Source: a virus
Taxonomy: Duplodnaviria > Caudoviricetes
DNA length: 64,000 nucleotides
IMG/VR virus record: IMGVR_UViG_2838948833_000001
Span: 10,725 to 74,724 of that record
Strand: one strand, 5' to 3'
The position numbers were made by a program, and so were the translations under genes. A model generated the notes under the pieces. The model saw only the letters and a program-made list of their open reading frames with translations, did not search any database and was not told the DNA's origin. Within the stretch, counting starts at the first letter, position 1, and each line of letters opens with the position of its first letter. This document shows, piece by piece, positions 31,301-40,100 of this stretch.

Positions 31301-32579
31301 CTTTATATAATGTAAATAAAAATGTTTCCGAAACTAAGGTAGCCCCATAGTTTGGGTTCCCTTCAGAATAGTAATCATTTAAAACATCTATAAAGATTTT
31401 CAATCCGTACCCTTTTTTATACAGATTCAAGCTATTATTTAATTTCAATTGCTGGGTTCCTGAATTAACAGAGATTATTAATGTTTTATCGATTTCAACA
31501 GAATTGCTACTTAATCTAAAATCAATATTGATATCTTTTCCCTGGTTATCTTTCACATTGTAGCCTTCTGTGTAATTACCTAATACAACTCGATTCCCTA
31601 TAATATCTAAGGCTTTTGCTTTTCTTGGCACATTATCATATTGCTTAAAAAAATCTTTTTCGGGAAGAACTTTGTACAATTTATTGTTTGAATAGCTCAA
31701 GCTTTTCTCTTGATTGTTTCCGATGCTTTCTTTTTTCTTGTTGAAAGTTTCAACGATATAAACATTATTAGAGTTTGATTCTTTAGCGAGTACCTGAATT
31801 TCTTTTACTCGGTGGTCACCTGTATTAAAGAAAATCTTTATAGAATTGAACTTATTGATCATACTCAAATTATCTTGAGTAGAAAAATCAATTTCCAAAT
31901 CTCTCGGCTCAAACGCACATTCTGTAAATGGAGCCATTGCTGAAAATTCGCCATCAAGATATTTATAACGATAAGAAAACGATATAAATTTTTCCTCTAT
32001 GTTATTAGAAGACAATCTATCAAATGTCTTTTGTATTCTTGGTGCTTTAGTTGGCGGTTTCTTGATTAAATAGATATCTTCTTTCTGAAATGCATTGTAA
32101 AAAAAGGATTTTACACGTTCAATATTAATACAGCAAACCTCCATATTATTGTCAGTCCAAAGTAACATATCCTTAGATGTGTCTTCTGAAATAATTTTTC
32201 CAATTCCAGTGATGTATGTATTTCTTTTAAATTTTAAGACTCTTGTATTACTTGAGCGCTCATCAGTCAATAATCTTGTTAATGTCTTAGAATTGAAATT
32301 GTATTCCAGAACATAACACCCTCTATTAGAAATTACCCACCAATAAAGTTTATTCTTTGATTCATCAGAATAACAACCTACTGTTTCCACATTACTTCCT
32401 AAATCTAGGAAAGTGAGTTGCTTATTGGACAAACACTTTTCAATAGCTCCAACATCACTGCCTTCTGATGTATTAATGACAATATTTTCAGCATGTCGAA
32501 AATACCCATCATCTAAAAGACGCTCGTCCACGTCTTTATTCATGACTCCTTTTACAAATGTTCTTCTGATATTTGGCAT
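28314..32579 (-). CDS. Tail stabilization/muzzle protein (P22 gp10/crAss-like), N-terminal part with Ig/FN3-like C-terminus
   Basis: F.KG.MNKD.DERL...G.F..A.N, LLWTDN, FSYRYKY.DGE.S, NR..LGNY.EG, YSGEYG...PESF, IGGYD. Confidence 0.8.
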   Translation of the reverse strand: MPNIRRTFVKGVMNKDVDERLLDDGYFRHAENIVINTSEGSDVGAIEKCLSNKQLTFLDLGSNVETVGCYSDESKNKLYWWVISNRGCYVLEYNFNSKTLTRLLTDERSSNTRVLKFKRNTYITGIGKIISEDTSKDMLLWTDNNMEVCCINIERVKSFFYNAFQKEDIYLIKKPPTKAPRIQKTFDRLSSNNIEEKFISFSYRYKYLDGEFSAMAPFTECAFEPRDLEIDFSTQDNLSMINKFNSIKIFFNTGDHRVKEIQVLAKESNSNNVYIVETFNKKKESIGNNQEKSLSYSNNKLYKVLPEKDFFKQYDNVPRKAKALDIIGNRVVLGNYTEGYNVKDNQGKDINIDFRLSSNSVEIDKTLIISVNSGTQQLKLNNSLNLYKKGYGLKIFIDVLNDYYSEGNPNYGATLVSETFLFTLYKDFSSLYEIYNDSAFSEFVDSINYYIESNIENWKLSSTDTISEYPKVSFQFLGNNLLLNISHGWIAQGPGQGRLSTKFSEEAYFSVVEAGKGQSLKSNRDYEAAIVYSDEFGRCSTALTTVENSIYIDPSKSASINKLNIEVKNKAPYWATSYRFAVKSIPLNYSNIIVSRFYVEDDFVWCKLEGSSKDKVKDGDILILKKDTYAEATKIITIPVLEKKSQPKDFIQGNKDASGNDIIEEAGTYIRIKADGFVMNENNYKIYQDSKSDTRKSRGHFPDVTLVLPIESNWVGLELSEGSSVYLWMYSRNHLDAGWQENTFEKEWLINKENYNLQKWYEEYIDGKDLWGNIGNDSQNYRGKVRKVNVGGKDGLYIDGTHSASSGGRRGYLDAKMVVRTNTGYYIFETEEKKNLDTGIFYKSSQSFDIINGLHQGNISNQTSVSSAKIELDFFNCFAFGNGLESYQIKDKFNANALNIDLQPTSTSEEDYSEVTRYSDLTYSEAFVESTGFNGISSFNQTLINWKELDKGNGAIQKIVAREGNLLVYQTDKVSQVMYGKDVMYNADGTSNVAKVPYVLGESVPYSGEYGMSHPESFEKEGNRCYWVDAKRGQTLRLSTNGISPITYGLEGWFRDNLTNKQAAKIIGGYDPYTKLYNLTIGDPPNYISQIVSGSELARYQVSDEFVFELALPRRVGQTIFEYNITEGRATVSATYAGREYVESNVTGVGQLVINVDETETAAIQTTVVPTTATATYSIRSFAPEGIEQRITFITVSNDMVYGLNVNQSISINSGPEFFDQLLIEDNNVNQFSEETGIQGEGKFPKKLDTITLRSYSESDIADLSIGYVISDENYTESDLPKIISQVVPLKTTNGKEIEGSFDFTSEGNIYVVYNYGSYNPDYEKVLPPSYFELAHGADKSSIDVKFKNEQDNYIVKGNEISYKSSKETQWSEGIFIPFVDNTEQTYNIPDLSNGVEYEVRIRTIGNDNSTSDYLIEMIAL

Positions 32580-32581
32580 AA

Positions 32582-33409
32582 TTAAAAGTGTCTGATTATT
32601 TCATATAGTTTAAGATTCAATCGATCTAGTTTGGCTTCGTGTAGTGTTGTTTTATATCGAAGCAAAGCACGTTGTTTTTCATTGGCAGGCACATTTCTTC
32701 TACGTTCAATACATGCATAATAAATCCAATTCTCAAGTGTTTGTTGTAAGTCCTTATGAACGGTCACTTCTTCCTCGCTTAGTTCTGCTTGTAATCCATC
32801 TGATATATACTCAATAACAACTTCCTTGTCCATTAGGTCAGAAGAAAAAAGAATAACTCCTTTTCGCTCATCGATTACAAACTCGCCGTATTTTGAAACC
32901 TTACTTGTGTCTAGGAATTTACCTTGGCCACAACTACCCAAATCAGAAACTTTGTATCGTTTATATGGATGTGCAAAAGCATTGGAAGAATCAGAAGTAA
33001 GAATCATTCCTTTATTATCAAACAGCAGGTCTCCTTTGTGGTCCTGCAAATATCCAATTGCTGTATTTATGTTTCGATTCTCATTTAGTGGTTGAAGCAT
33101 AAAACCATTAGTAATTGGATCGCGTGTAACCAATGATATACGAACCCAATTCACATAATCTTTTGGCACCACAACAACCAAGTTATCCGGAACTGTGATT
33201 TCAAAGGCAAGGATATCGTTAGCAGCTTCTTGAGTAAGCTCCCTAATTCCTTGTTTGGCATATTGAAGCAAACGGAAACGAGCCGTATTCTTCAAATAAC
33301 TATCATCATCCAACGACTCCAAGACCATATTGTCAATAATAGTTTTCAAGGAAACATATTGGTATGCTCCATGTGCTTCCTTATTTTCGATATATTCTAA
33401 ATCAGTCAT
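32582..33409 (-). CDS. Tail tubular/ring (adaptor) protein
   Basis: AK.GIREL, P.DYVNWVRIS, EYISDG motifs. Confidence 0.75.
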   Translation of the reverse strand: MTDLEYIENKEAHGAYQYVSLKTIIDNMVLESLDDDSYLKNTARFRLLQYAKQGIRELTQEAANDILAFEITVPDNLVVVVPKDYVNWVRISLVTRDPITNGFMLQPLNENRNINTAIGYLQDHKGDLLFDNKGMILTSDSSNAFAHPYKRYKVSDLGSCGQGKFLDTSKVSKYGEFVIDERKGVILFSSDLMDKEVVIEYISDGLQAELSEEEVTVHKDLQQTLENWIYYACIERRRNVPANEKQRALLRYKTTLHEAKLDRLNLKLYEIIRHF

Positions 33410-34098
33410 TAGCTTTGAATTTCTTGGTTAAACTCAATGTTTTGTTGTTGCGTCATTACTTGCTGTAAATCTTGCTCCTTAAGATTAATTCCAACCTTCT
33501 GAAGTGTTTTAATAATGACATTTGATACTTCGCTAGGATGAATATCCAACTCTTGAAAATCGGCAGCATCTGGATTGAATATTTCAGCTCCATTCACAAC
33601 ATAGAAAGTCCAATTTGGAATTTTCGGTTTTCGTAGATAAGTAATCTCTGCTTTATCATATCCGATAGGGTATAAAACAATACTGTTTACACTGTTTTTA
33701 TATCCTATCGGATATGATGTGTTTGCAAGTCTTTTAACTACTTGGAACTCTTTTGCGTTTTTAACCATCTCAACTTCGCATTGATTTACGAAAACACTAT
33801 CCAAGTATCTTAAATCACTAGGTAGATTGAATTTATCGTCAGAAACAATTACCTCTTTTGATTCAATGTAATAATTGATTTTATCCCGAATCAAATCAGG
33901 AATATTCTCCAATCCATTTCCAATCAACCCTTTGTTTTGGCGATTGACCATTCGGTTTAATTCATAGAAGTAGGATTCGTATATTTCTTCAATGGTTGTA
34001 TTAATCAGCAAGCGCGCATCCGTAGGCTTCACGTTTCCTCGAATATCTGAGTTTGCAATTGTTAATACAGTTCGGTAAACTAAATCGATTAAATACAT
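33409..34098 (-). CDS. Tail ring/adaptor protein
   Basis: VY.TVL.I.N...RG...P, LP.DL, YLRKP..P.W.F, GINLK; ATG at 34098. Confidence 0.7.
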   Translation of the reverse strand: MYLIDLVYRTVLTIANSDIRGNVKPTDARLLINTTIEEIYESYFYELNRMVNRQNKGLIGNGLENIPDLIRDKINYYIESKEVIVSDDKFNLPSDLRYLDSVFVNQCEVEMVKNAKEFQVVKRLANTSYPIGYKNSVNSIVLYPIGYDKAEITYLRKPKIPNWTFYVVNGAEIFNPDAADFQELDIHPSEVSNVIIKTLQKVGINLKEQDLQQVMTQQQNIEFNQEIQS

Positions 34099-34111
34099 AG
34101 TGATTTGAGTT

Positions 34112-34138
34112 AAAAAAAGCACCCTTTCGAGTGCTTTA
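34112..34138 (-). terminator. Intrinsic terminator within the late operon
   Basis: Minus strand AAAGCACTC-GAAA-GGGTGCTTT hairpin plus T run. Confidence 0.8.
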
Positions 34139-34140
34139 GA

Positions 34141-35169
34141 TTATTCTTTAAGTTTTTTCAAGATCCACTCTAAATCTCCTTTCACAGTAGGTCCAGGTTC
34201 TTTATTAAACTTTTCAATGTACTTCGCGGTAGCTTCTTCCAAAGTCATTTCTACCTTTGCATCTTTATTAGAATCAACAACAGGAGGATTTAATTCATGA
34301 ACACTACCTTTATTAGCAGCTTCTAAAGCGGCTCTTAGTTCAGCAATTTCATCATCCTTTGCTTTAAGTTCTTTTTCAGAAATGGTATTGGTTGGAGCAG
34401 ATGCAGTTTGAGTTTTTGGTTCATCACCAATTCCAAGTTTTTGAGCAATGGTTTGCATAGTAATTAAAGCTTGGTCACTTCCGTTATTCAAGAAGTTTCC
34501 TAGTTTAATATTACCCGTTTCTCCAGCTGCTAATGTTAGAATTGATTGTTCTGTATCTCCCCATACAACCATAGTATGCCCCATATTGTTTTTAACAATA
34601 CCTTGGATATACGCTTGTGCAGAAATGAATTGACTTTCATAATCAACCCCTGATAACTTGCCAATAATAAACTCAGGTTTTTCAAAAGCTAACTGCTTCA
34701 ATTTTGCTTCAGCAACTTTAACTTCAAAATGCAAAGCTTGAATGCCGAAAACAACCATTGCTTTTGATCTTGTTTCTAAATCACTAACGTGCTTAACAAG
34801 ATCGATTGCTTTCTCTTTTAATTCGTAGCCTTTAAGTAATTTTTCGCTTTCAATGGTTTCGCTAGTAATTTCGTATTTTCTGCCAAACCAAGGGTGAGCC
34901 TTCAAGTACATTAATAGATTCGTGTTGCTATCATCAACAGTTAATTCTGTTTTGTTAGTAGCCGAATTAAATTCAAACAAGGGAATTTCAGAAGGCTTAA
35001 TGTCTTTATTCTTTCCTTCTACATCTTCTTTGTAAATTGAATTTTCACCAGGATAGTAATTGATAAACTTCTTTCCTGAACCAGGCTTATCAGCCATGAT
35101 ATTTATATAAGGTAAATCCCATGTTTGGGGTGTTCTACCTGTTGTAAGTACAAATACTATTTTTGCCAT
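34141..35169 (-). CDS. Conserved protein downstream of the MCP (possible capsid-associated)
   Basis: 342-aa ORF at a conserved position in the head module. Confidence 0.6.
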   Translation of the reverse strand: MAKIVFVLTTGRTPQTWDLPYINIMADKPGSGKKFINYYPGENSIYKEDVEGKNKDIKPSEIPLFEFNSATNKTELTVDDSNTNLLMYLKAHPWFGRKYEITSETIESEKLLKGYELKEKAIDLVKHVSDLETRSKAMVVFGIQALHFEVKVAEAKLKQLAFEKPEFIIGKLSGVDYESQFISAQAYIQGIVKNNMGHTMVVWGDTEQSILTLAAGETGNIKLGNFLNNGSDQALITMQTIAQKLGIGDEPKTQTASAPTNTISEKELKAKDDEIAELRAALEAANKGSVHELNPPVVDSNKDAKVEMTLEEATAKYIEKFNKEPGPTVKGDLEWILKKLKE

Positions 35170-35186
35170 TTTATTTAGGGTAAAAT

Positions 35187-35214
35187 AAGGCAGTAGAATA
35201 AACCACTGCCTTTA
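35187..35214 (-). terminator. Hairpin/terminator after the MCP
   Basis: AAGGCAGT...ACTGCCTT inverted repeat. Confidence 0.6.
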
Positions 35215-35220
35215 TTAATA

Positions 35221-36570
35221 TTAAGGATAAATCTCTTCGTTTCTTCCTACAAAGAAATTGTTTGCTCCAACAACTCGATTGGTAAATTCAGTAATCAATT
35301 CAACAGAAGAAGCATCTGGCTTAGCTTGAGTTCCAAAAACTCCCCAGCCTTTAGTCTTTCTTCTTCTATTCTCCATGCCATTAACTCTATATAAGATATC
35401 TAAGTACGGCACAGATTCAGTAGTTCCTCCTTGATTAGTTGCAAATGTATTTCCAGAAGGAACACCCACAAACGCTACTGTTTGAGTTAATGGTTTAGCT
35501 GTAGGATCATCTAACAATGCCCAAGCACAGAAGTGAAATGTTACACCATCAATATGAATAGTTGTAAAGTCTAAATACAACGCCATATCTTTAGAGTTAG
35601 CAAAAGAACCATAGTTTGCCCCGTTTACAAACGCAGCATTCAATCCAGCAGCTAATTTTCTGATATATTTTAATTGATCGTGAGAACACCAAAAAGTAAA
35701 TTCTCTACAAATACCTTGAACTTTAGCACGTTTTGCTAAGTTGGATAAATCATCATCCGAAGTAATGAAGTTGTTAGAAACATTTCCTCTATCTTCAATA
35801 GTAGGAACAACCCCATTCATACCCTGAGCGAAACCACCTTGAGCAGATTCAGAGTTATCTAAGGATCTTTTGTTGAAGATAGCTGTCAACTCTTCTTTAT
35901 TACCAAATAAAGTATTAAATCGCTCCATTTCAGCGTGCATCCAAATAGGTCCATTTGGTGTTTGAACCCAAGTAGCATGTGCTAAGTCTGAATCAGCAAT
36001 CTCATAGTAATCTTTAATGATATGAGAATAGTTTTGGTAAAACTTAGGAGCCCATTTTTTTCCTTGTTCAAAACCTTTATCTCCCTTTAAGAATCGGCTT
36101 GAAAAGTCACAAAGAATGCTTACGGGATCAGTTGGCAATGCTCCTGCACCATCATTCAAAAGTTTACATACTTTAGGAGAAATGACTTCAGAAACAGTCG
36201 CTTGATATTCTTTATCTCCATCTTGGAATCGAACAACATCATTTACACGCAATTGGTGGTCTTTAGGGAAAGTAGCAACTCCACTTGCGATAGTAACCCC
36301 ATCAATTGTGTTCATTAATCGACTCATTTCTCCATGCTGAACAAGGTCAGAAGCGTATGTTTTGTGAGTCCCTCCTGCGACAGCACGTAAGAAGCCTGTA
36401 ATGTTTCCTTTTCCATTTGCAAAGTTTAATTCCTTCAATAAATCAGGTTGATAAACAGTTGCATAATCATACTTGGTCATAAAGTTTTCAGGTAACTTTC
36501 TCCAAGATGCATCTGGCTCAGTAATAACTGCTAAGCCACTTAAATTGGTATCTTTTAATTCAAAAGCCAT
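35221..36570 (-). CDS. Major capsid protein
   Basis: 449 aa after portal and scaffold; N...I.KD.Y.I, G.NG....I..RGN motifs typical of this phage group. Confidence 0.8.
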   Translation of the reverse strand: MAFELKDTNLSGLAVITEPDASWRKLPENFMTKYDYATVYQPDLLKELNFANGKGNITGFLRAVAGGTHKTYASDLVQHGEMSRLMNTIDGVTIASGVATFPKDHQLRVNDVVRFQDGDKEYQATVSEVISPKVCKLLNDGAGALPTDPVSILCDFSSRFLKGDKGFEQGKKWAPKFYQNYSHIIKDYYEIADSDLAHATWVQTPNGPIWMHAEMERFNTLFGNKEELTAIFNKRSLDNSESAQGGFAQGMNGVVPTIEDRGNVSNNFITSDDDLSNLAKRAKVQGICREFTFWCSHDQLKYIRKLAAGLNAAFVNGANYGSFANSKDMALYLDFTTIHIDGVTFHFCAWALLDDPTAKPLTQTVAFVGVPSGNTFATNQGGTTESVPYLDILYRVNGMENRRRKTKGWGVFGTQAKPDASSVELITEFTNRVVGANNFFVGRNEEIYP

Positions 36571-36581
36571 TTTATAATAAA

Positions 36582-37613
36582 TTAAATTTCATTAATTCCT
36601 ACTATTTTAATTCCTGGCTTTTCTTGACTTGACAAATTATTTGATTGAGTTTGGTAGTTAACGTTACCACGTTGTTTCATTACTTCTTCGATTGCTTCAG
36701 CTCTTGCTTTGTGAACTAAAGAAGAAATTACTGTTTCTCTGTTTTTTGGATTTAACCAAAAAGCATCCTCAGCGAACTGCTTATGATTAAAACCTTGTTC
36801 ACTTTGGTAATTATCTTGAACATACTTCCCTAAATCAGAAACTATTGACACAGCACTGCTCCTGTCGTTATCTGAATAGTTATAGTCATAGTTCAATTCT
36901 TTTTGCTCTCCGTTTTCATCAATCACAACTTTAAATGAAGTCGCTGTAACACTGTTCACAGCTTCTTGGACCATTTGGTTATGTTTGACTAAACTTTGTT
37001 GAGCAATTTCAAAATCAGACTTTTTCATAAATGTGCCGTTGGCCAATTGCACATAGTCATCTTGATTTGTATTTTGGTTCTGCGGAACTTCTGGTTTAGG
37101 TAATGGTTGTTTGAATTTGGCTTGTTCTTCTAAACGTGCATCTTTAATCGATTTGCCGTATTTGGCTAACTCAATTAAATCGTTTGTAGTCAAACTATCC
37201 ATATCCTCGATACCTAGTTTACTTTGTAGATAATCGTTGATTTGGTCATTGTCCAACTTCATTCCTGTTTCTTTAAGAACTTGCGCTCTCGCAAATTCAA
37301 TAGGTGAAACTTCATCTAAATTGGTGTGTAATTTTTCGTAATCAGAACGTGAACGACCTGTTTCTCTTGTATATTTATAAAAAGCTTTATCTGCTTCACT
37401 CATTACATCTTCCCAAGGATTAACTTCTTTCGTTTCAATTACCTTTTCGGGTTCTTTAAACAAGTCCTCAATAGAATTTACTTCTCGTCCTTTTTCCTTA
37501 AAGTAATTCAAAACAGTTGTTTCGTCAACTACATTGGTTGCTGTAGTTTCTTCTCCTGCTGGTGGTGTTCCATTTACATCAGGTAAATCTTTTGTATTAT
37601 TTTCTTCTTCCAT
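36582..37613 (-). CDS. Putative scaffolding protein
   Basis: Acidic helical protein between portal and MCP. Confidence 0.65.
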   Translation of the reverse strand: MEEENNTKDLPDVNGTPPAGEETTATNVVDETTVLNYFKEKGREVNSIEDLFKEPEKVIETKEVNPWEDVMSEADKAFYKYTRETGRSRSDYEKLHTNLDEVSPIEFARAQVLKETGMKLDNDQINDYLQSKLGIEDMDSLTTNDLIELAKYGKSIKDARLEEQAKFKQPLPKPEVPQNQNTNQDDYVQLANGTFMKKSDFEIAQQSLVKHNQMVQEAVNSVTATSFKVVIDENGEQKELNYDYNYSDNDRSSAVSIVSDLGKYVQDNYQSEQGFNHKQFAEDAFWLNPKNRETVISSLVHKARAEAIEEVMKQRGNVNYQTQSNNLSSQEKPGIKIVGINEI

Positions 37614-37647
37614 AGCAATTTTAATAATAGATTTTTCCTATCGTTAG

Positions 37648-37674
37648 ACTCAAAGATAATAAATAAAATCTATT
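37648..37674 (-). promoter_or_regulatory. Late promoter, class A
   Basis: Identical to 27151-27177. Confidence 0.75.
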
Positions 37675-37712
37675 ATAAATGAAACTTTGATAAATTTTAT
37701 TTATAGTGATTT

Positions 37713-40100
37713 TTATTCCTCAAGCCAGCCATTTGTTTCAAAATCAATAGGCGCTAGATTATTTTTTCGTTGATTGGCGATTTCGCTTTGTTGCGTTGCT
37801 TGTATTCTAGTTCGTTCATCTTTTTTAGATTCTTTGTAAGCTTCCAAACTTTCTTTTCCCTTAGCAGCAATTTGAGCTAAATACACTTCTTGTTGAAACT
37901 TTTCATCTTCTTTTGGTTTGTTAATCTGATTCAAAGCTTGTTGTTTCATTAAATCAATTTGAGCCATTTCAGAAGCGAACTGCAAATCGATTTGTTTTTT
38001 GAACTGATAAGCTTCTGTATCTGCTTGAACTTTTGCTTGAGCGGCCATTGCATCATTTTGAGATTTAACTTGAAGCATACGCTCATTTTCTTCTGCTCTC
38101 ATTTGCATATTCTTTCTTCTTCGGTAAGCCAAGTATTGTTTTGCTAGTTTAGGATTGGTCTTGAAAATATTCATAGCTTCTGATTTTTCTTCAACTGATA
38201 TAGATCCTTCTTTTAAAGCTATGTTCATATCTTCTCTAAACTCTTGCATCGCTTCCATAGCTGGTACAATATTGAAAGTAAATCCGAACTCGTGAAGATG
38301 TCTATTTTTCAATACTGATAAGTGATCGTTGAAATGCTTTGATATTACATTGTCATACAACTTTCTAATACTTGAAGCTTCAGAGTAATTGTAAATAGAT
38401 TGGATGCGTGTTGATATCAATTCGCTTAGTTTTAAACGGAATCTAACCCAAGTATCAACGATATCTTTTGTTGCGCGATTACCTGCCAACCTGTTCATCT
38501 CAGAAACACCAACTAGAGCATTTGCGTCAATGGATCCATCAACAGCCGGATTAATACCAGTATTTTCTCTGATCAAATTGTAGTCATTTGCCCAACTATT
38601 TAATAAAGTTGTAATTTGATTGCCTTGCCCAGCTGGTTTTACGTTTACAGCCCCAGTGTCTTTAATCCCATATTCTCCAGCATCAATTCTCTTTCTAAGT
38701 ACAATACTTTTAGTTTCGAATAAATCAAATGCTTCTTGCCAAGCGGCTCTTTTAGTCCCTCCTTCACTTGGCAAATTAGCTAACGCATCTAAATCAATTT
38801 CGATTACATCCGATCTCAACTCATTTAATAATTGCTTAATTTTTAAAGCTGTAAGCTGCATTCCATCAGCAATAACTTCTATCTCATCAGTAAACGCATA
38901 TAGTACATTATTTCTAATATCTAAAGCGTGAGTTAAGAATGGAGACATCGCTTTGTTCATTACATCATCGTATAGATTCTCACATTCTTTCCACTCATAT
39001 AAGTAGTCTGAACCAATAACGTAATTCCCTTCAAACCAAGTGTCAAATGTTTTTTCTAAAACGCCTGTATCAATATGGTCAGGAGCTATAAAATCATCAT
39101 TACGCTTTGATAATTTTACAACTTCACCTTGTCTTTTTTTCTGTTTGTATTTGATGGTTTTTACCGTTTTCCAAGCGAAACGAAGTACGTCAACTTTATG
39201 GCCTTGCAACTTATCGTAGTTTTCTGCAGGAGTTAATCCTTGGCTCCAAGTATATCCGTATCCAAGTGCGATTTTTCTTGCTTGTTCAAGTCCTAATCCA
39301 CTTTCACGAATCAAGTCTGAAACAGTTATTGTATCAACAACTCCCTCATAAAACTTATCATCGAAATTATTTTTCTTGACAAAGGAGTGCACGTAGTTTT
39401 CGGGGTCCACATAAGCTACTTTTACACCATCACTTTTATCAGTATAAACGCGAGTAACCATTATTCCGCAATTGACTAAATCAGCACGGAGTTGAGCGTC
39501 CAATTCCAGCCAATCATTCGTTTTCAAAATCCAATCGATAAGGAGTTCTTCAGCAATCTCAATCTTTGGGCGATCTTTAATCGCGATAAACAATTCAAGC
39601 TCTTCTTCGTCTTCAGGGACGAATGAATTAGGCATTAGATTAATACCAAGCTCTTTTAAAGTATTGTTTAGCATTAATTTACTCACCATACACTTACGGT
39701 AATTGTCCATCTTTTCCTCATTCATTTTGACTGTTATTTTATCAGTCGAACGAATATCAAGCGAATAATTTTCTGGACTCATTCCGTTTATTACAATGTT
39801 GCAAAATTTACGTGCGATGTTGATATATCGGAAGTCAATATTCAAATACTTCAAGCTGTTTTTATTACTAGCAATAAGATTTTTAAATTGATTTACATCT
39901 TTCTCGCCACGGACAAACTTTCGCTTATTTATAATGTAATCTCGTCTAGTATTGAAAGCACAAGAACCGCTGCCTATTACACCACCACCAAACCATTGGC
40001 TAGCTATAAATCGAGCGATATTAAGTCCGTACTCTTTATCTTTCTTTTGCTCAAATGGAACAAAAGGATCTATTGGTTTTAAATTGTTGTCTTGTTTCAT
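37713..40100 (-). CDS. Portal protein
   Basis: 795 aa directly after TerL; KF..IV.NG, YVDP.N, IR..TGIN...DG, coiled-coil C-terminus. Confidence 0.85.
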   Translation of the reverse strand: MKQDNNLKPIDPFVPFEQKKDKEYGLNIARFIASQWFGGGVIGSGSCAFNTRRDYIINKRKFVRGEKDVNQFKNLIASNKNSLKYLNIDFRYINIARKFCNIVINGMSPENYSLDIRSTDKITVKMNEEKMDNYRKCMVSKLMLNNTLKELGINLMPNSFVPEDEEELELFIAIKDRPKIEIAEELLIDWILKTNDWLELDAQLRADLVNCGIMVTRVYTDKSDGVKVAYVDPENYVHSFVKKNNFDDKFYEGVVDTITVSDLIRESGLGLEQARKIALGYGYTWSQGLTPAENYDKLQGHKVDVLRFAWKTVKTIKYKQKKRQGEVVKLSKRNDDFIAPDHIDTGVLEKTFDTWFEGNYVIGSDYLYEWKECENLYDDVMNKAMSPFLTHALDIRNNVLYAFTDEIEVIADGMQLTALKIKQLLNELRSDVIEIDLDALANLPSEGGTKRAAWQEAFDLFETKSIVLRKRIDAGEYGIKDTGAVNVKPAGQGNQITTLLNSWANDYNLIRENTGINPAVDGSIDANALVGVSEMNRLAGNRATKDIVDTWVRFRLKLSELISTRIQSIYNYSEASSIRKLYDNVISKHFNDHLSVLKNRHLHEFGFTFNIVPAMEAMQEFREDMNIALKEGSISVEEKSEAMNIFKTNPKLAKQYLAYRRRKNMQMRAEENERMLQVKSQNDAMAAQAKVQADTEAYQFKKQIDLQFASEMAQIDLMKQQALNQINKPKEDEKFQQEVYLAQIAAKGKESLEAYKESKKDERTRIQATQQSEIANQRKNNLAPIDFETNGWLEE

